32,000 nucleotides of DNA from an uncultured bacterium (GTDB lineage Bacteria; Cyanobacteriota; Cyanobacteriia; CACIAM-69d): positions 562 to 32,561 of the forward strand of contig CAZZMD010000053.1 in assembly GCA_964655355.1 (NCBI GenBank), given 5' to 3'. Of this stretch, positions 8,033 to 15,673 are shown piece by piece. The notes below the pieces were generated by a model. That model saw only the letters and a program-made list of their open reading frames with translations. It made no database searches and was not told where the DNA came from. Numbering within the stretch: position 1 is the first letter of the stretch; the number at the start of each line of letters is the position of its first letter. The translations under genes and the position numbers were made by a program.

Positions 8033-8362
8033 GGGCAGTCGACCTGGGAGAGGGGAGAGATCGGGGCAGTGGGCTGATCCCGGATGGGCCAGCGCCCGTC
8101 CTATAGGATATCGACAAAGGCTGCCTGCTGATCATTCCATTCTCTAATCGCCCACCCCGCACTATTTATATGGCTGTTATATGGGGTGGTTATTTGCAAG
8201 GATATTTGGGCGATCGCGATGGTGCTGTTCCTGGGCTATGGAGGGCTCAGTGTACTCCTATGCTGTCGATTTATTGATCATCTTCAGTAAAGGTATTTAA
8301 TCAAAATGGGGAGGCTAGGTTAGGGTGACTATATAAAGGTAGCGATCTAGTCCGAACCTCCG

Positions 8363-9814
8363 ATGTGTCAAGACTCCAGCAGCCCGGAAACCCCGTTGCC
8401 AACCACCCTTGAGCAGTGCCAGGCTGAACTCAGGCGGGTGCGTCAGGCCCATCAACAGGAGCTGGAACAACGGAAGACGATCGAAAATGAACTGCGGCGA
8501 TCGCAACAGATGTTGCAGCTTGTGATGGACACGCTGCCCGAGACAATTTTCTGGAAGGACAGAGAGTCCAGATATCTCGGGTGCAACCAACTGTTTGCAG
8601 AACATGCTGGATTTCAGTCTCCCAGCCAATTGGTGGGGTTAGACGATTATGAGTTGCCGTGGAAAACGGAAGAGGCTGACTGGTTTCGTGAGTGCGATCG
8701 CCGGGTGATGGACTCGGGTCAGGCTGAGTTCGGCATTGTCGAGCCCTTGCTCTCCGCTGATGGACAACAGCGATGGTTAGAGACCAATAAAGCGCCCCTG
8801 CGGGATGCGGCGGAGAATGTCATTGGCATTCTGGGGACGTATCAGGATATTACCCAGAGGCGGGAAGCGGAGATTCAACTTCAGGACCTCAATCAGAAGC
8901 TGCAAAACCAGGCGACTCAGCTTAACGCTGCCCTGGCGGAACTGAAGCAATCGCAACTGCGCTTGATCCAAAACGAGAAAATGTCCACTTTGGGTAACCT
9001 GGTGGCGGGCGTTGCCCATGAAATTAATAACCCGATGGGGTTTCTGTCGGGCAATTTACAACCCGCGGAAGACTATATCCAGGATCTGTTCGCCATTATT
9101 GATTGCTATCAGGGGGCTATGCCAGAGCCCAGCGCGGAAATTGAGCAGACCCTGGAAGACTACGAATTGGAATTCATTCGCGAAGATTTGCCGAAGATGT
9201 TGGCGTCGATGCAAACGGGCATTCAGCGGGTGCGGGATATTAGCACCAGCTTAAGAACCTTCTCTCGCGCAGACAACACGACGGCGGTTCCTTTCGATAT
9301 CCATGAGGGACTGGAGAGCACCCTTGTTATTCTGAAACATCGCATCAAAGCCAATGAGCATCGTCCGGCGATTCAAGTTGATAAACAGTACGGCGACTTG
9401 CCCCAAATTCAATGTTTCCCCGGCAAGCTGAACCAGGTGTTTATGAATTTGTTGGCTAATGCGATCGATGCGATGGATGAGGCCGGTAAAACGCGGAGTT
9501 TTCAGGATATTCAGGAGCGTCCCCATCAGATTGCGATCGCCACTGAGATGGGGGATGATCCAGACCATATCCGGATTCGCATCGCGGACAATGGCCCGGG
9601 CATTCCCCCAGATGTCCAAGAAAAAATATTTGAACAGTATTTCACCACCAAAACCGTGGGAGAGGGAACGGGGCTGGGACTCGCGATCTGCCAGGAAATT
9701 ATCACCGAAGACCATGGGGGAACCTTAACCCTCGGTACCTCTGCTTCCGCTGGTGCTGAGTTTATTCTGACCCTCCCCGTTCACAAGGCAGGGGCGATCA
9801 CCGGCAATCCCTAG
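8363..9814 (+). CDS. PAS-domain sensor histidine kinase (cytoplasmic)
   Basis: 483 aa. It has an N-terminal coiled coil, a PAS-like segment ([23 protein letters not shown]...), an H-box ([14 protein letters not shown]), and N/G1/G2 ATPase boxes ([21 protein letters not shown]). No response regulator is adjacent. Confidence 0.85.
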   Translation: MCQDSSSPETPLPTTLEQCQAELRRVRQAHQQELEQRKTIENELRRSQQMLQLVMDTLPETIFWKDRESRYLGCNQLFAEHAGFQSPSQLVGLDDYELPWKTEEADWFRECDRRVMDSGQAEFGIVEPLLSADGQQRWLETNKAPLRDAAENVIGILGTYQDITQRREAEIQLQDLNQKLQNQATQLNAALAELKQSQLRLIQNEKMSTLGNLVAGVAHEINNPMGFLSGNLQPAEDYIQDLFAIIDCYQGAMPEPSAEIEQTLEDYELEFIREDLPKMLASMQTGIQRVRDISTSLRTFSRADNTTAVPFDIHEGLESTLVILKHRIKANEHRPAIQVDKQYGDLPQIQCFPGKLNQVFMNLLANAIDAMDEAGKTRSFQDIQERPHQIAIATEMGDDPDHIRIRIADNGPGIPPDVQEKIFEQYFTTKTVGEGTGLGLAICQEIITEDHGGTLTLGTSASAGAEFILTLPVHKAGAITGNP

Positions 9815-10203
9815 GTCAGTTTTGCCAGCAAAGCTTCGACCCGTTCGCGGACCTCTTCCCGCACCCGGGGGAAAATCTCCGGTTGCTCGGCGGGGTCATC
9901 CAGTTGCCAATCTTCAAAAATCTCCCGCGTCACCCAGTCCGCCGGTAGGTTGACCCCGCAGCCACAGAGGGAAATTACGGCGTCGAAGTTTTCGGGCTGA
10001 AATTCACTTAATGCATTAGAGGTTTGGCTGCGGATATCAATGCCGATCGCGTCCATGGCGTCGATGGCGTGGGGGTTGACCTGGCTGGCTTCTAGGCCGG
10101 AGCTGGTCACCGATACTTTGCCCGCGCCGAGCGATCGCGTAAATCCTTCGGCCATTTGCGATCGCGATGAGTTTTTCTTACACACAAACATGATGCGCTT
10201 CAT
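9811..10203 (-). CDS. arsC: Arsenate reductase, LMW-PTPase fold, Synechocystis ArsC type
   Basis: 130 aa. It has a CX5R P-loop (FVCKKNSSRS, Cys8) and an SLCGCG motif (Cys80/Cys82), the Cys8/80/82 triad known from Synechocystis ArsC. It lies downstream of acr3. Confidence 0.9.
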   Translation of the reverse strand: MKRIMFVCKKNSSRSQMAEGFTRSLGAGKVSVTSSGLEASQVNPHAIDAMDAIGIDIRSQTSNALSEFQPENFDAVISLCGCGVNLPADWVTREIFEDWQLDDPAEQPEIFPRVREEVRERVEALLAKLT

Positions 10204-10225
10204 CGGATGGTCCCCTTCTTGGAAT

Positions 10226-10290
10226 GATGGATAAAAGCGATGGATAAGAGCGATGGATAAAAGCGGTGGATAAAAGCGGTGGCGGCTCTG
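10226..10290. repeat. Tandem array, 13-nt unit x4 plus one degenerate copy (gatggataaaagc)
   Basis: Units lie at 10226-10238, 10239-10251, 10252-10264 and 10265-10277, with a degenerate copy at 10278-10290. The array fills most of the acr3-arsC intercistronic gap and ends 23 nt upstream of the arsC ATG. Confidence 0.85.
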
Positions 10291-10319
10291 GCGTTATGCC
10301 CTAGCTTTATGTCCTGACC

Positions 10320-11483
10320 TTATGCCTTGACCTTGAGACAGCGAGGATCGCATAACGTCGCCTTTTCGGGTTCGCGGGGGAACCAGAATGCGGTGCGCTT
10401 GCAAATTTCTACCAGCATCAACATCACCGGTACTTCGATCAATACCCCGACCACGGTCGCTAGCGCCGCGCCGGAGTTGAGACCGAATAGCATCACCGCC
10501 GTGGCGATCGCTACCTCGAAATGATTGCTCGCGCCGATCAGGGCAGCGGGGGCGGCGTCTTCATAGGTCATCCCCAGTTTCTGGGCGGCTACGTAGGTTA
10601 AGCCAAAAATGACGTTGGTTTGGATAAATAGGGGAATGGCGATAATCGCGATATGTAGGGGCTGCTCCACAATCAGTTCGCCCTTGAAGGTGAACAGCAG
10701 GACGATGGTGGTTAGCAGGGCGATGACGGCGATCGGGCTCAGGTATTTCAGGAAGACGTTGTTAAACCACGCCCGCCCTTTGGTTTGCAAAATCCAGCGC
10801 CGGGATAAAATCCCCGCCACTAGGGGTAAGCCCACATAAATCGACACCGATAGGGCGATCGTTTGCCAGGGCACGACCAAATCGCCCATGGCCAATAGCC
10901 ACCGCCCCAATGGCGCATATAAAAACAGCATCGCCAGAGAATTAATCGCCACCATCACTAGGGTGTGACCCTGGTTGCTGTAGGACAGGTAGCCCCACAT
11001 CAGCACCATTGCTGTGCAAGGGGCAATCCCCAGCAGGATGGCTCCGGCAATGTAGGAGTCGGCGATCGCCACTTCAGTTCCGCGCAAGACTTCCGTCCCT
11101 GCCAGAAACGGCCGCAGCCACTGACCCAGAAATACTTGGGCAAAAATTACCATGGTGAATGGCTTGATGATCCAATTCACCACCAGGGTCAAAATCACTG
11201 GCTTGGGGGTGCGCGCTGCTTTCGCCGCCTGACTAAAGTCAATCTTCACCATGATGGGATACATCATGAAGAACAGGCAGATCGCCACCGGAATCGAGAT
11301 CTGATACACACTCATGGCGTCCAGGGCGATCGCCATGCCGGGGAATAGTCGTCCCAATGCAATCCCTGCCCCAATGCAGCACGCCACCCATAGGGTGAGG
11401 TAGCGCTCGAAAATATTCAGCTCCCCGCCCGCCTGCACCGCAGTCCGGGGAGTCTGATCCGAAGTCGTCGCCATGGCGAACAC
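10320..11483 (-). CDS. acr3: Arsenite efflux permease, ACR3 family
   Basis: 387-aa, ~10-TM protein. The N-terminal [23 protein letters not shown] region, including the conserved Cys, is typical of ACR3/ArsB(ACR3-type) carriers. It sits between the regulator and arsC. Confidence 0.9.
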   Translation of the reverse strand: MFAMATTSDQTPRTAVQAGGELNIFERYLTLWVACCIGAGIALGRLFPGMAIALDAMSVYQISIPVAICLFFMMYPIMVKIDFSQAAKAARTPKPVILTLVVNWIIKPFTMVIFAQVFLGQWLRPFLAGTEVLRGTEVAIADSYIAGAILLGIAPCTAMVLMWGYLSYSNQGHTLVMVAINSLAMLFLYAPLGRWLLAMGDLVVPWQTIALSVSIYVGLPLVAGILSRRWILQTKGRAWFNNVFLKYLSPIAVIALLTTIVLLFTFKGELIVEQPLHIAIIAIPLFIQTNVIFGLTYVAAQKLGMTYEDAAPAALIGASNHFEVAIATAVMLFGLNSGAALATVVGVLIEVPVMLMLVEICKRTAFWFPREPEKATLCDPRCLKVKA

Positions 11484-11541
11484 CCCTTAACTTATGCTTG
11501 TATGCTTGTTTCCCGTTACCGCGTTAGCCGCTGAAGTACCC

Positions 11542-11976
11542 CTAAGCCTCCGTTGGCTCGCCCCCCAAACCGATATCCCGTAGCGCCGAACATTCCCCCT
11601 CGGGCGTCGGCTGATCCAGAAAGGTTTGGCATTCTGCCACCAGCGGCGATAGCTCGTCCCGCAGGGCCTGTAGCCGCTGAATTTTCTGATCCAGCTCCTG
11701 CACCTTGTGCTCCAAACGCTCCTGGATCGCCCGACAGGTCAAAGATTCGCCGTCATACAGCGCCAGGATGTCCTTGATTTCCTCCAAGCTCAGCCCCAGT
11801 GCCTTAATTCGCATAATGAAGCTCAGCCGCGCCACGTCGCGATCGCCAAAGAGCCGGTATCCCGATGGCGATCGCTGGGGCGCAGGGATTAGACCAATGC
11901 GCTCGTAGAAGTACAGGGTTTGGGAGTTGAGACCCAATTTTTGGGCCACCTCACCGGTTCGCAGCAAGCTAGTCAC
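11542..11976 (-). CDS. MerR-family metal(loid)-responsive transcriptional regulator
   Basis: 144 aa with a GTG start. It has an N-terminal MerR wHTH (GEVAQKLGLNSQTLYFYERIGLIPAPQRSPSGYRLF), a long coiled-coil dimerisation helix, and Cys81, Cys116 and Cys129. It is the first gene, co-directional with acr3-arsC. Confidence 0.85.
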   Translation of the reverse strand: MTSLLRTGEVAQKLGLNSQTLYFYERIGLIPAPQRSPSGYRLFGDRDVARLSFIMRIKALGLSLEEIKDILALYDGESLTCRAIQERLEHKVQELDQKIQRLQALRDELSPLVAECQTFLDQPTPEGECSALRDIGLGGEPTEA

Positions 11977-12002
11977 AGAACAAAACGCTTCAACTGGGAC
12001 TG

Positions 12003-12039
12003 ATGCTACACCTTGTACCTGGGTATAAGGTCAAGGTGT
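12003..12039 (-). promoter_or_regulatory. MerR-type promoter/operator: -35 TTGACC, 20-nt spacer, -10 TAGCAT, with an 8-bp inverted repeat across the spacer
   Basis: Read on the minus strand, TTGACC lies at 12034..12029 and TAGCAT at 12008..12003. The perfect dyad is ACACCTTG (12008-12015) / CAAGGTGT (12032-12039), with arms 16 nt apart, plus an inner ACCT/AGGT pair. The -10 lies ~27 nt upstream of the regulator's GTG start. Confidence 0.65.
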
Positions 12040-12484
12040 TGGGGAGAATCCGTTGGTAACGACTGTCGAGGGGGCGGTGGGAGTCCGACTGTCTGTGGGT
12101 CAGGGAATTGTTCTGATGCCGATGGGGATGGCCATGGACGCTTGCTGTTTGCCCGTGACCTGAATAGTTCAGATAGGGTCGATGCGTGAATGTTGCGGGC
12201 AATGATGGGGGGAGTTGAGGGCTGGGTATACTTATAGACATACGTTAAAGCTGCATGAGTGCGGCCCACCGTCAGGGGGTGGTGCTCAATTCCAGCCTAG
12301 AAATGCTCTGCTTCCGTTGCTCGAGACTCTGCTGCTCCCCCTCGACGTTTTAAGACATACCACGGTGCCAGGTGCGCTGTGGATAGGTATTTAGCGCGGA
12401 CCAAAAGGTCTTAATGGGGTTCTAACTTAAGAGGCTCGGTCGGCCCCTGATTTCAGTGGCCCTGTGTTGTTTTAAGTTCGGTAA

Positions 12485-14332
12485 TTGTTCAGTGTCTGGG
12501 CAGTGATTATGCCTTTTCTGCTTGGAAAATGGATTCACTTGACGGTACGGCAGCGAATCGTTGCTGGTTATGCTGCCATGTTGGGGGTGGTTGCTCTGGG
12601 GGCCATGATCGGTTGGGGGCTCGGAAATGACTACCGCCAAAAATCCCTTAAGTCCTATCGGATGGCCACTGCCGAGCGGGAATTCTTAGATGATCTTCAG
12701 TTGGCAATTTTAGCGGTCCGCCCTGGCAAACAGTTACTTCCGCTACTGGATAGTCCCGAACGATTTCGCCAGGGCAGTCAAGTTTTTTTAGGGCGTATTG
12801 AGTCTGTCCAGCAGTTGTTGGGACACCACTACCATCTCCATGCTGAGATGTTGCATAGTCCCTTACTTCGAGGGGGAGACCTGAGCCCAGAGGCTTTGCA
12901 TCACCGCTTGAGCGACTATCAAGCTACGGCCAATGAGTTCTTTAGATACTCGCAATCAACTTTTGCTAAAGCTCAAAGTCTGATCGGTGCTGCTGATACG
13001 CAGGATCAAGCCAGACAAGTGATCACTAGGCTGATACAAAGTGAGACGTTTCGCAACTATATTGATTTTCCGGATGAGTTAAGCAACTGGATTGATCAAG
13101 CTGAAGCGCGGGAAAAATTGGCAGAGGAGCAGCTATTGGGGGCTGAGCTGCTGCGCCGAAATATTACCCTCTTGAGTGTGTTTGTCTCTTTGGCGATCGC
13201 CTTGCTGATTTCTTGGTTTGTGAGTAAAACCATTGCCAAACCGATTCGAGATGTCATTCACCAATCCAAAGTCATTACAGAAAACAGTGATTTTAAACAG
13301 CGGATGCCTGCGCAGAGACAGGATGAAATTGGTGATTTGAGTCGTACCCTGAATACCTTGTTTGGACAGGTTGACTTGCTGTTGAGCCAAGTGAATGAGC
13401 AGAATGTAGAGCTTCGGGAGGCTTTGAAGAAACTACAGAACCATAAAATTATTGATGATCGAATGTCGAGTTTGAATCAAGTGGTGGCGGGTGTTGCCCA
13501 CGAGATCAATAATCCGATGACGTTCATTCATTCCAATATTCCCCATCTGGAGGAGTATTTTGAAGTGCTGATGGCGTCAGTCCGGGGCTCTGACGACTCG
13601 GACGTGGAGGCGGGGGATGATTCGCTGTCCGGTTTAGATAGCGCTGAAATTCGTTTTATGGAGGAAGATATCCCCCGCATTTTTGCGTCCCTGAAGACTG
13701 GGACGAGTCGGGTTTGTCAAATCGTGACCTCTTTGCGGACCTTTGCTCATATGGATGAAGCCGCGTTCAAGCAGGTCGATATCCATACGGGCATTGACGA
13801 CACATTGATGGTGCTGCAACACCGTTTGGGGATGGGAGGGCACTTATATGATGTTGAGCTGGTGAAGCAGTATGGGGATTTGCCAGAGGTCGAATGCTAT
13901 GCGGGGCAGATGAATCAGGTCTTCCTGAATATTTTGGTCAATGCTCTAGACGCTTTGGCTGAGGCGCGGGGAGGAGAGGGGGAGACGCGGCTGGGGCATA
14001 ATGACAGGATTTTGATTGAGACCCGGTTTGTTTCGGAGTCTCGGCAGGTGGAAATCGTGATTGGCAATAGTGGACCGGCGGTGGATGCTCAGGTCCAGGC
14101 GAAGATGTTTGACCCGTTCTTTACGACTAAACCCGTTGGGCGGGGCACGGGGATGGGGTTGGCGATTTGCCATCAAATTGTTGCCGAAAACCATGGGGGA
14201 ACTTTGGAGTGTATTTCGCCTGCTGGGGAGTGGGGGGTGAAATTTGTAATTCGTATTCCGGTTCGGCGTGCCTGTGCTGTGAAGCCTGCCGATAGGGTGG
14301 ACGGTGCTGTGACGGGGCAGGCGGTGGCGTGA
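12485..14332 (+). CDS. Membrane sensor histidine kinase with an extracytoplasmic sensor domain and a HAMP domain
   Basis: 615 aa with two TM segments (about aa 25-45 and 225-245) flanking a ~180-aa sensor region. It has a HAMP-like linker, an H-box ([14 protein letters not shown]) and ATPase boxes (NILVNALDA, GNSGP, GTGMGL). The start may instead be the ATG at 12509 (MPFLLGKW). Confidence 0.85.
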   Translation: MFSVWAVIMPFLLGKWIHLTVRQRIVAGYAAMLGVVALGAMIGWGLGNDYRQKSLKSYRMATAEREFLDDLQLAILAVRPGKQLLPLLDSPERFRQGSQVFLGRIESVQQLLGHHYHLHAEMLHSPLLRGGDLSPEALHHRLSDYQATANEFFRYSQSTFAKAQSLIGAADTQDQARQVITRLIQSETFRNYIDFPDELSNWIDQAEAREKLAEEQLLGAELLRRNITLLSVFVSLAIALLISWFVSKTIAKPIRDVIHQSKVITENSDFKQRMPAQRQDEIGDLSRTLNTLFGQVDLLLSQVNEQNVELREALKKLQNHKIIDDRMSSLNQVVAGVAHEINNPMTFIHSNIPHLEEYFEVLMASVRGSDDSDVEAGDDSLSGLDSAEIRFMEEDIPRIFASLKTGTSRVCQIVTSLRTFAHMDEAAFKQVDIHTGIDDTLMVLQHRLGMGGHLYDVELVKQYGDLPEVECYAGQMNQVFLNILVNALDALAEARGGEGETRLGHNDRILIETRFVSESRQVEIVIGNSGPAVDAQVQAKMFDPFFTTKPVGRGTGMGLAICHQIVAENHGGTLECISPAGEWGVKFVIRIPVRRACAVKPADRVDGAVTGQAVA

Positions 14333-14410
14333 CGGCTCATGGGGTTCTAATCCTTGTTATTCTGTGGCGTGCGACCTAACTGTTCTTAGTGGCGAGCTAT
14401 CTCATTTCCC

Positions 14411-15652
14411 ATGACCCAACGCCCGATCGCCATTGATTTGTTTGCCGGTGCTGGGGGCTTGAGTCTGGGGTTTGAACAGGCGGGGTTTGATGTGCCGGTG
14501 GCGGTGGAGATTGATCCGGTTCATTGTTTGGTGCATGATTTCAATTTTTCCCAGTGGACGGTGTTGCCGCGATCGGTGAAGCGGGTGACGGGGGAGATGG
14601 TGCGGGATGCGGTGGTCGCTGCGGTGGGCGATCGCCCGGTGGATGTGGTGGTGGGGGGCGCGCCGTGTCAGGGGTTTTCGTTGATTGGACAGCGGGCGTT
14701 GGATGATCCGCGGAATTCTCTCGTGAAGGAGTTTTTGCGGATTGTTCGGGAGGTGCAACCTAAGTATTTTGTGTTTGAAAACGTGAAAGGGTTGACCATT
14801 GGCCGCCATCGCCAATTTTTGAAAGAGTTGATTGGGGCGGCGCAGGCGGCGAAGTATGACGTTGTGCAGCCGTGGCGGGTGTTGAATGCGGTGGATTATG
14901 GGGTGCCCCAATGTCGGGAGCGGTTGTTTTTGTTGGGGGTGCGACGGGGGTTGCCACCGCCGCAGTATCCGGAGCCGTTGGAGCAGCGGACAACCTGTGT
15001 TGACGCGCTGGGGGATTTGCCGGACGCGGAGACGTTTGCGCTGCTGAATGAGGTGGATGTGGTGAAAATTGGGAAATTTCCCGCCCCTTCCAGTGCCTAT
15101 GCCAAACAGATGCGGTGTCTTGATGCGGAGGATTGGCATTTTGGGTATCGGCGAAAATGGGATCCAACCGTTCTGACCAGCAGTCGACGGACGGACCATA
15201 CCAAAAAAATTCGCGATCGCTTTGCCCAAACGTTGCCGGGGACGCGGGATCAACCGTCCCGATTTTTAAAGCTCGACCCGGATGGTTTTGCGAATACCCT
15301 ACGGGCGGGGACGGATTCGGCGCGGGGGGCGTTTACGAGTCCGCGGCCGATTCATTACCAATACAATCGCTGCGTCACGGTGCGGGAAATGGCGCGGCTC
15401 CATGGGTTTCCCGATTGGTTTCGGTTGCATTCCACCAAATGGCATGGGGCGCGGCAAATTGGCAATTCGGTGCCGCCGCCGTTGGCTCGGGCGATCGCCA
15501 CAGAAATTATCAAAGCCCTAGGGCTTCAACCCACGCGACCTAAATCGGTTTATCCCCTGGGCGATCGCCGGTTGCTGTCTTTGGATATGTCGGCGGCTTC
15601 GGCCCATTGGGAGATTGAGAACCCGATCAAGCCGCGATCGCGACAGGTCTAG
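14411..15652 (+). CDS. DNA (cytosine-5)-methyltransferase, solitary
   Basis: 413 aa with the canonical C5-MTase motif order: I DLFAGAGGLSLGF, IV GGAPCQGFS, VI FVFENVKGL, VIII QCRERLFLLG, a ~150-aa variable target-recognition region, IX VTVREMARLHGFPDWF, X GNSVPPPLA. No endonuclease or Vsr gene is adjacent. Confidence 0.9.
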   Translation: MTQRPIAIDLFAGAGGLSLGFEQAGFDVPVAVEIDPVHCLVHDFNFSQWTVLPRSVKRVTGEMVRDAVVAAVGDRPVDVVVGGAPCQGFSLIGQRALDDPRNSLVKEFLRIVREVQPKYFVFENVKGLTIGRHRQFLKELIGAAQAAKYDVVQPWRVLNAVDYGVPQCRERLFLLGVRRGLPPPQYPEPLEQRTTCVDALGDLPDAETFALLNEVDVVKIGKFPAPSSAYAKQMRCLDAEDWHFGYRRKWDPTVLTSSRRTDHTKKIRDRFAQTLPGTRDQPSRFLKLDPDGFANTLRAGTDSARGAFTSPRPIHYQYNRCVTVREMARLHGFPDWFRLHSTKWHGARQIGNSVPPPLARAIATEIIKALGLQPTRPKSVYPLGDRRLLSLDMSAASAHWEIENPIKPRSRQV

Positions 15653-15673
15653 GGATCCCCTGTGAATTTCGAG

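Noticed and set aside
12116-12163. 15-codon Met/Cys-rich mini-ORF (MPMGMAMDACCLPVT) ~80 nt from the MerR operator on the opposite strand
   Set aside because: The idea is tempting, since it could be a metal-binding peptide divergent from a MerR promoter. However, it is only 15 codons, has no recognisable ribosome-binding site or divergent promoter, and cannot be distinguished from chance without conservation or ribosome-profiling data.
11990-12269. Two overlapping minus-strand ORFs (83 and 87 aa) in the 510-bp gap between the MerR gene and the HAMP kinase
   Set aside because: They have Pro/Ser/His-rich composition and overlap each other in different frames. They would also run through the MerR-type promoter. 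The region is more likely regulatory or 5'-UTR.
14402-15253. 283-aa minus-strand ORF antisense to the DNA methyltransferase gene
   Set aside because: It is extremely His/Arg/Pro/Gln-rich with no motifs. The + frame carries all ten C5-MTase motifs. This is a typical antisense shadow ORF in GC-rich coding sequence. The same reasoning applies to 20484..20957, 22555..22959, 9251..9715, 812..1096, 2405..2755, 6436..6916 and 16851..17303.
14333-15673. Search for a restriction endonuclease, Vsr or other defence partner of the C5 methyltransferase
   Set aside because: The flanks are fully occupied by the histidine kinase (78-nt gap) and argS (21-nt gap). No additional ORF fits. I treat the enzyme as solitary rather than part of an R-M or other defence system.
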